Below are positions 9,469-22,702 of a stretch of DNA of 64,000 nucleotides, one piece after another. The first letter of the stretch is position 1. Every line of letters begins with the position of its first letter. Below the pieces are notes generated by a model. The model was not told the origin of the DNA and did no database searches. It saw nothing but the letters and a program-made list of their open reading frames with translations. The stretch is from an uncultured Bacillales bacterium (lineage in GTDB: Bacteria > Bacillota_I > Bacilli_A > RF39 > UBA660), in the NCBI GenBank assembly GCA_947571655.1, contig CANOYR010000001.1:29122-93121 (forward strand). The letters run 5' to 3'. The position numbers were made by a program, and so were the translations under genes.

Positions 9469-10902
9469 CTATTTATTAATGTACTTCTTCACCTTTTGAA
9501 ATTCAATATCCTCCTCTGGATTTAAAATGCAATTCATATATTGCTGATAAAAAGAAGACTCATCTTCATATTTGATAGAATCGAGTGGTATTCCAAATTT
9601 TTCTTCTACATAAGGAGATAATGCCAAAAATGCCTCCTGATAAGACTCCAAAAGAGCCTCATCAGTTCCAAGTTTAAAATCAAACTCTATTTTATCAAAA
9701 GCACGATATAATTGAACCCGTGGCTCTCTTTCTGGAATAATATTAATCAAAGCATCATTAATTGCTCCCATGCTTTGTTCAGAATAAGATTGAAGTAAAA
9801 CATCAGATCCCACAACTTCCGCTAGCAACCTAACAAAATAATCAGAATAAATATAACGAGTAGAAACCCAATATGGTTCTGAATAAAATTCATCTGTAAT
9901 AAAAACAGTCATCCCCTCAGTTAAAAAGGAATAAGGAAATCGTCCAGTCAAATGAATCCCCTCGTGATAAGAAGTATAAGGCGCATCAAAAATTTCATAT
10001 TTTAACTGAATATTCGCATAATGATCAAGTTGAAAAGTAGAAAGACATAAAGCATCAATTACAGTAGTCCTACCTAAAACATACTTTGGTAACGAAGCCT
10101 TTTCATGAATCTTTAATCTTTCGAATCTTCTTCTTTGCCTTTCATAATCTAAATAAGGATTCTTCTCATAATACTCACGAAAATACTCAAAGAACTGATA
10201 CTGATTCTCTGTAATACTAGGATTATTCTCTAAAGTATCATAAAGAATATCAACTTTCTCTTCTACAGAAATATCCTGAAAAACAGAATCATCTTTCATT
10301 TGATTCGAATCCATATTAACAGTTGCATCTACTCCTATTTGTAACCGATGATGACAAGCTGAAATGGGCATTGACAAAAGACAAAAAGAAGAAAAAAGTT
10401 CTAATAAATATAACGTCTTTAATCCTTTAGAATAAAAATTTTTCAAAAATAAATTCAAATTTTTAAATGAGTGCAATAATTCTGGTACAGAACAAAAAAC
10501 ATTTAGAAAATTCAAAGGAACAGCTAATAAAATAGAATCTCTAACAAAATAAAATAACACTCCTTGTGTTAAAAGTACTTTCAATATATTTAAAATTTCA
10601 CGAAAAACATTTTTATAAATAACATCCCTTAAATCCTTTGTTGATAATACTTTTCTTGTAGAATAAAAATATATCTTAAGATTAGGATATTTTTCCTTAA
10701 GGGAATCAATATAATAATTCAAATCATCAATATTTTTTCGTTTTCTAAGATAATGAGAAGGAAAAGTTTTATGAGTATATTTCCTTTTTCCTTTAGAATC
10801 AACAAATTCAGAAATAAGAAAGGGAAGATTCACTTCTTTTGTGATAAAATTCCTAGAATAAATAAAATATAAAGATTTCAATTGATCGTTTTCACATTTC
10901 AC
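9469..10902 (-). CDS. Membrane-anchored hypothetical protein with HExxH (gluzincin-like) motif
   Basis: YHEGIHLTG...LTEGMT; hydrophobic segments near residues 105-185; paralogue of 11499..13016. Confidence 0.65.
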   Translation of the reverse strand: MKCENDQLKSLYFIYSRNFITKEVNLPFLISEFVDSKGKRKYTHKTFPSHYLRKRKNIDDLNYYIDSLKEKYPNLKIYFYSTRKVLSTKDLRDVIYKNVFREILNILKVLLTQGVLFYFVRDSILLAVPLNFLNVFCSVPELLHSFKNLNLFLKNFYSKGLKTLYLLELFSSFCLLSMPISACHHRLQIGVDATVNMDSNQMKDDSVFQDISVEEKVDILYDTLENNPSITENQYQFFEYFREYYEKNPYLDYERQRRRFERLKIHEKASLPKYVLGRTTVIDALCLSTFQLDHYANIQLKYEIFDAPYTSYHEGIHLTGRFPYSFLTEGMTVFITDEFYSEPYWVSTRYIYSDYFVRLLAEVVGSDVLLQSYSEQSMGAINDALINIIPEREPRVQLYRAFDKIEFDFKLGTDEALLESYQEAFLALSPYVEEKFGIPLDSIKYEDESSFYQQYMNCILNPEEDIEFQKVKKYINK

Positions 10903-10953
10903 AAAAGGTCATCTCCCAAACGCACATATTATATCACAAATAAAAAGAAGAAA

Positions 10954-10982
10954 GAATAAAAAAATTAAAAAAAACCACACTA
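10954..10982 (+). promoter_or_regulatory. SigG/SigF-like forespore promoter
   Basis: GAATA-N17-CACACTA just upstream of AAGGAGG RBS; resembles GnATA...CAtAcTA consensus. Confidence 0.5.
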
Positions 10983-11004
10983 AAATTAAAGGAGGAAAAA
11001 AACA

Positions 11005-11442
11005 ATGAATGAAAACTATGAATTATTAGAACACATCTATCAAGATAGTGAAATGGCATGTTTTACCTTAGAACAACTATTAGAAGATTTAAAAGAAAAA
11101 GACAATAAAATTAAAAGGATTTTAGAAGATATACTAAAAGAATACCGATCTTGGAAAAAAGAAGCAGAAGAAAAACTAGAATCTAAAAATCAAGAGATTA
11201 AAGAAAAAGGAACCATCAGCAAAATGATGGCAGGAATGGGAATTAAAAAAGAAGTAAAAGAAGATAATAGTGATTCAAGTATTGCCGACATGTTAATTCA
11301 AGGAATCTCTATGGGAAGTCTAGATACCGAAAAGAAAATAAAATCCTATGATAAAGAAGTAGATAAAGAACAACTTTCTCTAGCAAAGAAGTTTTTAAAG
11401 TTCCAAGAAAAATCAATCGATCAATTAAAGAAGTATCTCTAA
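11005..11442 (+). CDS. Helical (ferritin-like) hypothetical protein, possibly spore-associated
   Basis: Strong RBS; all-helical charged sequence; SSIADMLIQGISMG segment. Confidence 0.7.
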   Translation: MNENYELLEHIYQDSEMACFTLEQLLEDLKEKDNKIKRILEDILKEYRSWKKEAEEKLESKNQEIKEKGTISKMMAGMGIKKEVKEDNSDSSIADMLIQGISMGSLDTEKKIKSYDKEVDKEQLSLAKKFLKFQEKSIDQLKKYL

Positions 11443-11461
11443 AATTTTTCAAAAATAAAAG

Positions 11462-11488
11462 AAAAAAGACCGAATCATAGGTCTTTTT
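11462..11488. terminator. Bidirectional terminator
   Basis: AAAAAGACC-gaatcata-GGTCTTTTT between convergent genes. Confidence 0.7.
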
Positions 11489-11498
11489 ATAAATTGAT

Positions 11499-13016
11499 TT
11501 AATAATAAGAAATAGAATGATCAGAAATAGACAAATCATTTGAATGATAAACTTTTACATAATCCAAACGATTAGAATTTTGATTAAAATAAACTGCTCC
11601 AGTACAATTCATTTGTTTTCCAATACTATTAAGATAAATTTGAATTCTAGAAAGTGAATCTTCTTCTAAATTAGCATGATAAAGATAGGGTGAAATAGCT
11701 TCTTGAAAAAGCTCTCTAAATTTAGGAGATTCCACTTCAAAAAACTCTTCCATCTTCCCATTTTTACCATAATCATGCATTTTAAATCCATATTCATTCA
11801 AGATTTTAAACAAATTCTGACAATCCGAAACATCTGGATTTATTTTTAACAGCTCATCTTCAATAATACCAATATCCTCCTTAGAATAAGCTTCTAACAT
11901 CTTCTCAGGAGTAACTAATTCACAAAAAATCTTAGTTAATAATACCTGATCAAAATAATTATTATCGATATTAAAATCCATCATATATTCAGAAACTAAC
12001 AAAGTCGTCATTCCCTCATTTAATGATTTATTATCTAAATGGCCTGTTCGGTGCATTAATTCATGCAATAAAGTTGTTTTATAGGAATCCTGAGAAACAT
12101 TTTTCTTATTATAAATGACAATATATTCCTCAAAAGACTGCGCTGCAATTGAATTCAAATCCACATTGGTATCAATGATTCCAAAAGAACAAAAATCTTC
12201 ATAACACTTTTCATAATTAAAATAAGGATTCTCTTCAATATACTGTCTCAAATTCATCGCAATCTGCCGATCTTCTTCTTCAATTAGTGGATTATAATCA
12301 AAAGCTCCCATCAAAATATCTACTGCTGCATCCTCTGTAGTAAAAGTACAATCTCCATGAAATGGATTATCTAAATTAGATAATACAACTCTACGTTGAT
12401 CTAAAGAAGCATCAATATCCTGATTCAATTGATATTGATATGGAGAATCAAAACAATCAACATTAACAGAAAGAGAATGACAGTAATTAGAAAGACTCAA
12501 TCCAAGTAGAAATATACTAAACTGAAGTTTAAGATTTTTTAAAAGTTTGGACTTCTTCTTAGACAATTGTCTTATCTTCAAATTTCTCCAAATCGCTTGA
12601 GAAGAAAAAAGATAAGAAAACACCAAAGAAGGAGGAAGCCGTAAAAAATGACCAAGTGCAAAAGTACCAAGAGAAGCAGTTAAAAAAAGATTTTCTAATT
12701 CTGTTTCTTTTTGAATCTTTTGCTGCTGAATCGAACGTTTCACATATCTTTCTAAAAATTTATCATCATCCGAAACAAAAACAATCTTATCATAATCTTC
12801 CTTTTTTAATTGTCCCAGAATTTTTTTTAAAATCATTTCCATTTTCTGCTCTTCTTTTTCTTTTGCCACTTCCTTCTTTTTTGGATAAGAAGAAGACAAT
12901 GTAAAATAAGAAGAATCTCGATTAGCATATTCAATTAAAATTTGATTAGGGTACTTATGTTGATGAGCATTTTCATCTCTAGTAATATAAATCTTTTTAA
13001 TTTGATCATTTTTCAT
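11499..13016 (-). CDS. Membrane-anchored hypothetical protein with HExxH (gluzincin-like) motif
   Basis: LHELMHRTG...LNEGMT; hydrophobic segments; start overlaps pflA end. Confidence 0.65.
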   Translation of the reverse strand: MKNDQIKKIYITRDENAHQHKYPNQILIEYANRDSSYFTLSSSYPKKKEVAKEKEEQKMEMILKKILGQLKKEDYDKIVFVSDDDKFLERYVKRSIQQQKIQKETELENLFLTASLGTFALGHFLRLPPSLVFSYLFSSQAIWRNLKIRQLSKKKSKLLKNLKLQFSIFLLGLSLSNYCHSLSVNVDCFDSPYQYQLNQDIDASLDQRRVVLSNLDNPFHGDCTFTTEDAAVDILMGAFDYNPLIEEEDRQIAMNLRQYIEENPYFNYEKCYEDFCSFGIIDTNVDLNSIAAQSFEEYIVIYNKKNVSQDSYKTTLLHELMHRTGHLDNKSLNEGMTTLLVSEYMMDFNIDNNYFDQVLLTKIFCELVTPEKMLEAYSKEDIGIIEDELLKINPDVSDCQNLFKILNEYGFKMHDYGKNGKMEEFFEVESPKFRELFQEAISPYLYHANLEEDSLSRIQIYLNSIGKQMNCTGAVYFNQNSNRLDYVKVYHSNDLSISDHSISYY

Positions 13017-13725
13017 AATATGCCTCCATAAATTTTTGATATAGCTCCTGACATTTTTTCTGATCCATCTCTTTTAAATCTTCATATGGATAAACAATTC
13101 CTAATTTTTTGTATTTTTCCTTGCCCATCGTATGATAAGGTAGAAACTCGATATGCTCAATATTTTTAATATCTTTCAACATATCATGAAGTCCCATCAA
13201 ATAAGAATCATTATCCATCATCCCTGGGATAATAACCTGACGAATCCAAACCTTTTTCCCACTTTCATTAAGAGCTTTCATAAAATTCAAAAATTCATCC
13301 ATTTCTAAGCCTGTAATCTCTTGATATCCATCTTTCGTAATATGTTTGATATCTAATAAAACAAGATCAACATAAGAAAGAAGCTCACGATAATTTCCGT
13401 TTCCAACTCCTGCAGTATCTAACGCAATATGAATGCCTTCCTTTTTTAATATTTTACATACCTCAATTAAGAATTCACTTTGAAGAAGTGGCTCTCCTCC
13501 AGAAAAAGTAACACCACCTTGATTTCTTCTAAAGTAAGGCTTATTTCGAATAATTCGCTTAGCAAGATCAAAAGCAGTATAATTAGCTACTCCCTTTTTC
13601 CACATTTCAGGATTATGACAGTATTTACATCGAAGCTTGCATCCAGATAAAAATACGACTGTACGAATTCCTGGACCATCAACAAGTCCAAAACTCTCAA
13701 TAGAGTCTACACTACCCATTTTCAT
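13006..13725 (-). CDS. pflA: Pyruvate formate-lyase activating enzyme
   Basis: DGPGIR, CKLRCKYCHNPE radical-SAM motif, SGGEP, LPYHTMG. Confidence 0.96.
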   Translation of the reverse strand: MKMGSVDSIESFGLVDGPGIRTVVFLSGCKLRCKYCHNPEMWKKGVANYTAFDLAKRIIRNKPYFRRNQGGVTFSGGEPLLQSEFLIEVCKILKKEGIHIALDTAGVGNGNYRELLSYVDLVLLDIKHITKDGYQEITGLEMDEFLNFMKALNESGKKVWIRQVIIPGMMDNDSYLMGLHDMLKDIKNIEHIEFLPYHTMGKEKYKKLGIVYPYEDLKEMDQKKCQELYQKFMEAYYEK

Positions 13726-15953
13726 TATAATTTCTCATGGAACGTTCTAGAAATAACTTCTTCTTGTTGTTTTCTAGTTAATCGATTAAAGCGAACAGCA
13801 TATCCAGACACACGAATCGTTAATAATGGATATTTTTCTGGATGATTCATCGCATCAATTAGCATTTCACGATTTAAAACATTCACATTTAAATGATGGG
13901 CACCTTGAACAAAATATCCATCTAATAAAGTAACTAAGTTTTCTATCTGTTCTTCTTTACTATGTCCAAGAGAACTTGGAACAATAGAGAATGTATTACT
14001 AATTCCATCACGACAACACTCAGCATAGTTTAGTTTGGCAACAGAATTTAAACTAGCCACAGCACCACTCATATCTCTTCCATGCATTGGATTTGCACCT
14101 GGAGCAAAAGCAACTCCAGCTTTTCTTCCATCTGGTGTAGCACCCGTTTTCGAACCATAAACGACATTAGAGGTAATCGTTAATACAGAAAGAGTTGGAT
14201 GTGCCTTTCGATAACATTCATGACTAGCAAGTTCTTTATAAAACTTATCTAAAACTTCCTTAGCAATCAAATCCACCCGATCATCATCATTTCCATACTT
14301 TGGAAATTCTCCATCAATTTCAAAATCAATCGCAATTCCCTCTTTATTGCGAATTGGTTTTACTTTTGCATACTTAATCGCAGACAAAGAATCGGCAACT
14401 ACAGAAAGTCCAGCAACCCCATATGCCATTAATCGATTTACTTCTGTATCATGAAGAGCCATCTGCCCTGCTTCATAAGCATATTTATCATGCATATAAT
14501 GAATAATATTCATTGCATTTGAATAAATAATAGCGATTCTCTCTAGCATACTCCAATAGACATCTTTGACCTTTTGATAATCTAAAATTTCGTCCTCCAT
14601 TTTATCAAAACCTGGAATTACTAATTCATTTTTTACCTCATCTACTCCACCATTAATTGAATAAAGAAGGGCTTTTGCTAAATTACAACGAGCTCCAAAG
14701 AATTGCATATCACGACCAACTCGCATCGCAGATACACAACAAGCAATCGCATAATCATCACCATAAATTGGACGCATCACATCATCATTTTCATATTGAA
14801 TTGCATCTGTATCAATCGACATCTTCGCACAATATTTTTTAAATGTTTCTGGTAATTTTTCACTCCATAAAACGGTCATATTAGGTTCAGGTGCTGGATC
14901 TAAATTTGTTAAAGTATGAAGAATTCGAAAGCTTGTTTTGGTAACCATCGATTCTTCTTTTTCTGTAATTCCACCAATAGAGCAAGTAACCCAAGTAGGA
15001 TCTCCAGAAAATAACTCATCATAGTCTGGTGTCCTCAAATGTCTAGCAATTCTTAATTTAATTACAAACTGATCAATTAATTCCTGAACTCCCCTCTCAT
15101 CTAAAGTTCCATCGTTTAAATCCCTTTCAAAATAAATATCCAAAAAGGCATCCACACGACCAAGGCTCATCGCAGCACCATTATTTTCCTTAATTGCTGC
15201 TAAATAGCCAAAATATAACCACTGAACTGCTTCTTTTGCATCTTTCGCAGGTTTTGAAATATCATAACCATACTTCAAAGCCATCTTTTTAATTTCATCT
15301 AATGCACGATACTGCATAGAAACATCTTCTCTTAAATGAATCAGTTCCTCTGTCATAGGACCAACCAAATAATCCCAATCCTTTTTCTTTTGCTCCATTA
15401 AATAATCAATTCCATATAAAGCAATTCGACGATAATCACCAATGATTCTCCCACGACCATACGCATCAGGAAGCCCAGTAAGTAATCCAACATGTCTAGC
15501 AATTTTAATATCTTCTGTATACGCATCAAAAACACCCTGATTATGTGTCTTTCTAAATTCATTAAAATATTTATCTACAGTGGGATTCAACTTATATCCA
15601 TAAGCATCTAACTCTTGATATACCATACGAATTCCACCATAAGGATTTACAATTCTTTTGAGAGGGGCATCGGTTTGAAGTCCTACAATAACCTCATTAT
15701 CTTTATCAATGTATCCAGCATCATAGGCATTAATTCCTGACATATGATCGGTATCAATATCTAAAACATGCTTCTTTAATTCCTCTTTTAATAGGTCTGA
15801 ACATTTAGACCATACAATCTCAGTTTTCTTTGTTGTTTTCTCTAAAAATTCCTCATCTCCATCATAACCTTTATAATTTTCAAGAATAAAGTTACGAACA
15901 TCAATCTCGCTACACCAAATTCCCTTCTTAAAATCTTTCCATTCTTCTCTCAT
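13725..15953 (-). CDS. pflB: Pyruvate formate-lyase
   Basis: IACCVS active-site Cys pair, RVSGYAV glycyl-radical motif, [17 protein letters not shown]. Confidence 0.98.
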   Translation of the reverse strand: MREEWKDFKKGIWCSEIDVRNFILENYKGYDGDEEFLEKTTKKTEIVWSKCSDLLKEELKKHVLDIDTDHMSGINAYDAGYIDKDNEVIVGLQTDAPLKRIVNPYGGIRMVYQELDAYGYKLNPTVDKYFNEFRKTHNQGVFDAYTEDIKIARHVGLLTGLPDAYGRGRIIGDYRRIALYGIDYLMEQKKKDWDYLVGPMTEELIHLREDVSMQYRALDEIKKMALKYGYDISKPAKDAKEAVQWLYFGYLAAIKENNGAAMSLGRVDAFLDIYFERDLNDGTLDERGVQELIDQFVIKLRIARHLRTPDYDELFSGDPTWVTCSIGGITEKEESMVTKTSFRILHTLTNLDPAPEPNMTVLWSEKLPETFKKYCAKMSIDTDAIQYENDDVMRPIYGDDYAIACCVSAMRVGRDMQFFGARCNLAKALLYSINGGVDEVKNELVIPGFDKMEDEILDYQKVKDVYWSMLERIAIIYSNAMNIIHYMHDKYAYEAGQMALHDTEVNRLMAYGVAGLSVVADSLSAIKYAKVKPIRNKEGIAIDFEIDGEFPKYGNDDDRVDLIAKEVLDKFYKELASHECYRKAHPTLSVLTITSNVVYGSKTGATPDGRKAGVAFAPGANPMHGRDMSGAVASLNSVAKLNYAECCRDGISNTFSIVPSSLGHSKEEQIENLVTLLDGYFVQGAHHLNVNVLNREMLIDAMNHPEKYPLLTIRVSGYAVRFNRLTRKQQEEVISRTFHEKL

Positions 15954-15988
15954 TTTTTATCCTCCCTATAGTAAATATTATACCATTA

Positions 15989-16002
15989 AATAGACGCTTT
16001 CA
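15989..16002 (-). promoter_or_regulatory. cre-like (CcpA) site in pflB promoter
   Basis: TGAAAGCGTCTATT on - strand just upstream of an extended -10 TGGTATAAT; left half matches cre, right half degenerate. Confidence 0.4.
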
Positions 16003-16158
16003 AACGAGAATTAAAAAAATTGACACTACTTGATAAATAAAACAATTTTCTCTAGTACCTACTTTATCACGTAAAAATTCTTCTTATCTACAAAAAGAAA
16101 CAAATTTAAAATAATAAAATAAATCTTTTCTGTTTTTGAATTTTCTTGAATCCCTTTA

Positions 16159-16185
16159 ACATTATTTTTTATTTCCACATATATT
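16159..16185 (+). promoter_or_regulatory. SigK-like promoter
   Basis: AC-N17-CATATATT upstream of GT2 gene RBS. Confidence 0.45.
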
Positions 16186-16204
16186 TATATTAAAAAGAAA
16201 GAGG

Positions 16205-17314
16205 ATGATTATGAAGAAAAAACTAAAAATCTGTGTATATGCAATTAGTAAAAATGAAGAAAAGCATATAAAAAGATGGTTAGAATCAGTAAAAGAAGCA
16301 GATGAAATCTATGTTCTTGATACTGGTTCCACTGACAACACCGTAAAATTATTAAAGAAAAATGGATGTCATGTAAAAGTGAAAAAAGTAAATCCTTGGC
16401 GATTTGATGTAGCAAGAAACCTCTCTTTAGAAATGATTCCAGAAGATACCGATATTTGTGTTTGTGTTGACTTAGATGAAATTTTTGCACCTGGTTGGAG
16501 AAAAAAAGTAGAAGAAGCATGGGATCCACAATTAACAAGATTAAAGTATATGTACTATTGGAAACTAAGCGAAGATGATACTCCACTTGTTTATTTTTAT
16601 TCAGATAAAATTCATGCAAGAAAAGGATATATTTGGAAACACCCAGTTCATGAAGTTTTAACCTATCAAGGAAATAAAATAGAAAACTTTAAAATTGCAG
16701 ATGGAGTTTTATTAAAACATTACCCAGATGTGGAAAAATCTAGAGGTAGTTATTTACCACTTTTAGAGTTATCTATAAAAGAAGATCCAGAAGATGATCG
16801 AAATATGCATTATTTAGGAAGAGAGTATATGTTCTATGAAAAATGGAATCAAGCAATTGATACTCTTCTTCGACATCTTTCTTTAAAAAGTGCAACTTGG
16901 AAAGATGAAAGATGTGCATCTATGCGCTTTATTAGTCGCTGTTATCTTTCCTTAAATCGACCAATTGAAGCAGAAATGTGGTTAACAAAAGCAATTGAAG
17001 AAGCACCTTATTTAAGAGAACCTTATATTGAAAAAGCTTTTCTTCTGTATCGACAACAACGATACCAAGAAGTCATTAAAAACTGTGAGTTAGCACTTAC
17101 AAATAATCCAAAACAACGAAACTACATTCAAGAGTCTTTTTGTTTTGATTCTACAATCGATGATTTACTATCAATTTGTTACTATCAATTAGGAAATCTA
17201 GATCAAGCACTTCTACATGCAAAACAAGCATTAGAGTATAACAAAAATGATAAAAGATTAAAAAAGAATCTAGAATTACTAGAAAAAGAAAAGAAAAAAC
17301 AAACAAAAAACTAA
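16205..17314 (+). CDS. GT2 glycosyltransferase with C-terminal TPR repeats
   Basis: ICVYAISKNEE, VLDTGSTDNT, FDVARN, VDLDE (DxD), VHE; TPR-like YLGREY and YYQLGNLDQAL. Confidence 0.92.
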   Translation: MIMKKKLKICVYAISKNEEKHIKRWLESVKEADEIYVLDTGSTDNTVKLLKKNGCHVKVKKVNPWRFDVARNLSLEMIPEDTDICVCVDLDEIFAPGWRKKVEEAWDPQLTRLKYMYYWKLSEDDTPLVYFYSDKIHARKGYIWKHPVHEVLTYQGNKIENFKIADGVLLKHYPDVEKSRGSYLPLLELSIKEDPEDDRNMHYLGREYMFYEKWNQAIDTLLRHLSLKSATWKDERCASMRFISRCYLSLNRPIEAEMWLTKAIEEAPYLREPYIEKAFLLYRQQRYQEVIKNCELALTNNPKQRNYIQESFCFDSTIDDLLSICYYQLGNLDQALLHAKQALEYNKNDKRLKKNLELLEKEKKKQTKN

Positions 17315-17381
17315 TCTACCTTGACGGATACCCAGTAAAAAATCTCCTTTCCTCATATATTACAATAGAAAGGAGATTAGT

Positions 17382-18569
17382 ATGTTTCAAGATTTTTGTG
17401 AAAATAATGATCATCAAAGAAAAATTCCGTGCCATTGCTATTTAATAGGACCAACTGGTCCTACTGGACCTGCTGGTACCCCAGGAGGAGCAACGGGACC
17501 TACAGGGCCTACTGGACCTCAAGGGTTAGCTGGTGCAACTGGACCTACCGGACCTACGGGACCTGCTAGTACAACCGCTGGACCTACTGGGCCTACTGGA
17601 CCTCAAGGGTTAGCTGGTGCAACCGGACCTACGGGACCAACAGGACCTGCTAGTACTGCTCTTGGACCTACTGGGCCTACTGGACCTCAAGGGTTAGCTG
17701 GGGCAACGGGACCTACGGGACCTACTGGACCTGCTAGTACAACTGCTGGACCTACTGGGCCTACGGGACCTCAAGGGTTAGCTGGGGCAACTGGACCAAC
17801 AGGACCTACTGGACCTCAAGGATTAGTTGGGGCAACTGGACCTACGGGACCCGCTAGTACAACTGCTGGACCAACAGGACCTACTGGACCTCAAGGATTA
17901 GCTGGAGCAACTGGACCTACGGGACCTGCAGGATTAGATGGTGCAACCGGACCTACCGGACCTACTGGGCCTACGGGACCTCAAGGGTTAGCTGGGGCAA
18001 CTGGACCTACCGGACCTCAAGGATTACTCGGAGCTACTGGGCCTACGGGACCAACAGGACCTGCAGGATTACTCGGAGCTACTGGACCTACGGGACCAAC
18101 AGGATTACTTGGTGCAACTGGACCTACGGGACCAACAGGACCTACCGCTGGACTAAATGCCTATGCTGGAAAATATAGCGACACACCTCAAACACTAAAT
18201 CTTACAATTGGAACCCCTACACAAATACCATTACCTACAACAATGCCAAACTTAAATGCAACATATACACCAGCAAATAGTATTACTGTAGCACAAGCTG
18301 GAAATTATGAAATTAACTATTTTAGTAATGTTTCTGTAGCACTTGGTACAACCGTAACACAAGCTGTAAGAATTAACGGTACCAATATTCCAGACACAGT
18401 AATTTCTAGAGTTTTATCTGTTGGTGTAGGTTCTATCTATAGTGGTAGTGTTATTGTCGCTTTAGCAGCAGGAGATGTTATAGATATGGCACTATCTGCT
18501 CTACTAGCAGTTGGAGTTACTTTAGGAACAGGAGTAAATGCCACTCTTAGCGTAAAGAAATTAAATTAG
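17382..18569 (+). CDS. BclA-like collagen-like spore surface glycoprotein
   Basis: Short Cys-containing N-terminus, ~230 aa of GPT/GAT/GPQ/GLA triplets, C-terminal beta-sandwich ([13 protein letters not shown]...LAAGDVI...ATLSVKKL). Confidence 0.88.
   Translation: MFQDFCENNDHQRKIPCHCYLIGPTGPTGPAGTPGGATGPTGPTGPQGLAGATGPTGPTGPASTTAGPTGPTGPQGLAGATGPTGPTGPASTALGPTGPTGPQGLAGATGPTGPTGPASTTAGPTGPTGPQGLAGATGPTGPTGPQGLVGATGPTGPASTTAGPTGPTGPQGLAGATGPTGPAGLDGATGPTGPTGPTGPQGLAGATGPTGPQGLLGATGPTGPTGPAGLLGATGPTGPTGLLGATGPTGPTGPTAGLNAYAGKYSDTPQTLNLTIGTPTQIPLPTTMPNLNATYTPANSITVAQAGNYEINYFSNVSVALGTTVTQAVRINGTNIPDTVISRVLSVGVGSIYSGSVIVALAAGDVIDMALSALLAVGVTLGTGVNATLSVKKLN
17448..18150 (+). repeat. Collagen-coding 9-bp tandem repeats with an 81-bp higher-order unit
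   Basis: GGACCTAC(T/G/C) units; 27-aa unit [26 protein letters not shown](TA/AL) repeated three times consecutively, then variants; locally GC-richer. Confidence 0.9.
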
Positions 18570-18600
18570 TTATAATTAAAAATATTCTTTAACACCACAA

Positions 18601-18635
18601 AAAAGAGATTTTAGAAAATTCTAAAACCTCTTTTT
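18601..18635. terminator. Bidirectional terminator
   Basis: AAAAGAG.TTTTAGAA-aa-TTCTAAAA.CTCTTTT imperfect hairpin between convergent genes. Confidence 0.65.
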
Positions 18636-18654
18636 ATTTTTTATTGAAAAAATT

Positions 18655-19248
18655 CTATTTCTTAATCCATCTCTTATATGCATCTATTAAATCCAGATCA
18701 TTTTGATTCTCAGGAAGATCAGTCATAGAGAAAAATCTCATTTCCTTAGATTCTTTATCCCACTGTAACTTCCCAGAATATTGATCTACATAATATAGCA
18801 TCGTATTATTATATACAATATCTCCATTAGAATAAGAATTCTTTCTAGTTTTTCCAGATACTGGACAAATAAATTGTAAATGTTCTTTTTTTATTTCTAA
18901 ATTCGTTTCCTCTTTCACTTCACGAATAATAACCTCATCAAAACTCTCTCCAGCCTCTTGACACCCTCCAGGAAGTCCCCATTGATTACGATCAGCACGC
19001 TTTTGTAACAAGATATTTCCATCACAATCGACAATAATTGCTGCTGCCCCATCTTGTAACAAAGGAATAACATGAGCAAGTTCTCCCATACATAATCGAA
19101 TAAATACAGGATATCCAACAAGACCACTAAGTATCTCAATTTCCTCTGTGGAAAGCTCTTTGATAATCTGAACTAACGTTTCGTAAGGTAACTCTCTTAT
19201 TCCACAAGCAATCTTTTTTAATTTTTCTTGATTAACCAATTCTCCCAT
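18655..19248 (-). CDS. Nudix hydrolase with N-terminal helical extension
   Basis: WGLPGGCQEAGES...REVKEETNL Nudix box; YSNGD motif. Confidence 0.88.
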   Translation of the reverse strand: MGELVNQEKLKKIACGIRELPYETLVQIIKELSTEEIEILSGLVGYPVFIRLCMGELAHVIPLLQDGAAAIIVDCDGNILLQKRADRNQWGLPGGCQEAGESFDEVIIREVKEETNLEIKKEHLQFICPVSGKTRKNSYSNGDIVYNNTMLYYVDQYSGKLQWDKESKEMRFFSMTDLPENQNDLDLIDAYKRWIKK

Positions 19249-19313
19249 TACAAACCTCCAAATAATATAAAGTCATCATATCATACCAATGATTATAATT
19301 CTAAACATCACAC

Positions 19314-22221
<2,908 letters not shown>

Positions 22222-22282
22222 AAAATCACCTTTTCTTGCCTGAATTCCTGATAAAAATACCCATTAGAACTCTAATTTCTCA

Positions 22283-22702
22283 CTATTCTTCAATTGAAGA
22301 TGTCTTAATCCAGTCTCCAATCTCTTCATCTACAATTCTATCTCTAACTGCATTATAAGTAGATTCTAAAGAATAGGGACCATAAACATCGCTTTCCTGG
22401 GTATCAATAATATAAAATAACATATCAATTCCAGAATCTGCTGATTTTACACATTTAAATCCAAGATAACGCTCCCCCTTTTGAAACTCTGATACATATT
22501 CCTCAAAACCAATTTTCTTTCCATTACTTTCAGTTTCAATATGATTATTAATATACTTACCAACAACCATTTTTGTATCACTTAACTTTTTAAGAACGTA
22601 ATCATTTGGTAGTTCTCGATAAGTCCATGAATGTACAAACAAGTTGCACCCAGTAAAAGTCAAAAGAAAAAGAGAAATCAAATACATTTTTATTTTTCCC
22701 AT
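22283..22702 (-). CDS. Lipoprotein (DUF3997-like)
   Basis: Lipobox FTGC; LPNDYVL and FYIIDT...VYGPY segments. Confidence 0.6.
   Translation of the reverse strand: MGKIKMYLISLFLLTFTGCNLFVHSWTYRELPNDYVLKKLSDTKMVVGKYINNHIETESNGKKIGFEEYVSEFQKGERYLGFKCVKSADSGIDMLFYIIDTQESDVYGPYSLESTYNAVRDRIVDEEIGDWIKTSSIEE

Noticed and set aside
17448-18150. GC-richer repeat array as CRISPR or foreign element
   Set aside because: In-frame Gly-X-Y coding repeats with no unique spacers and no cas genes
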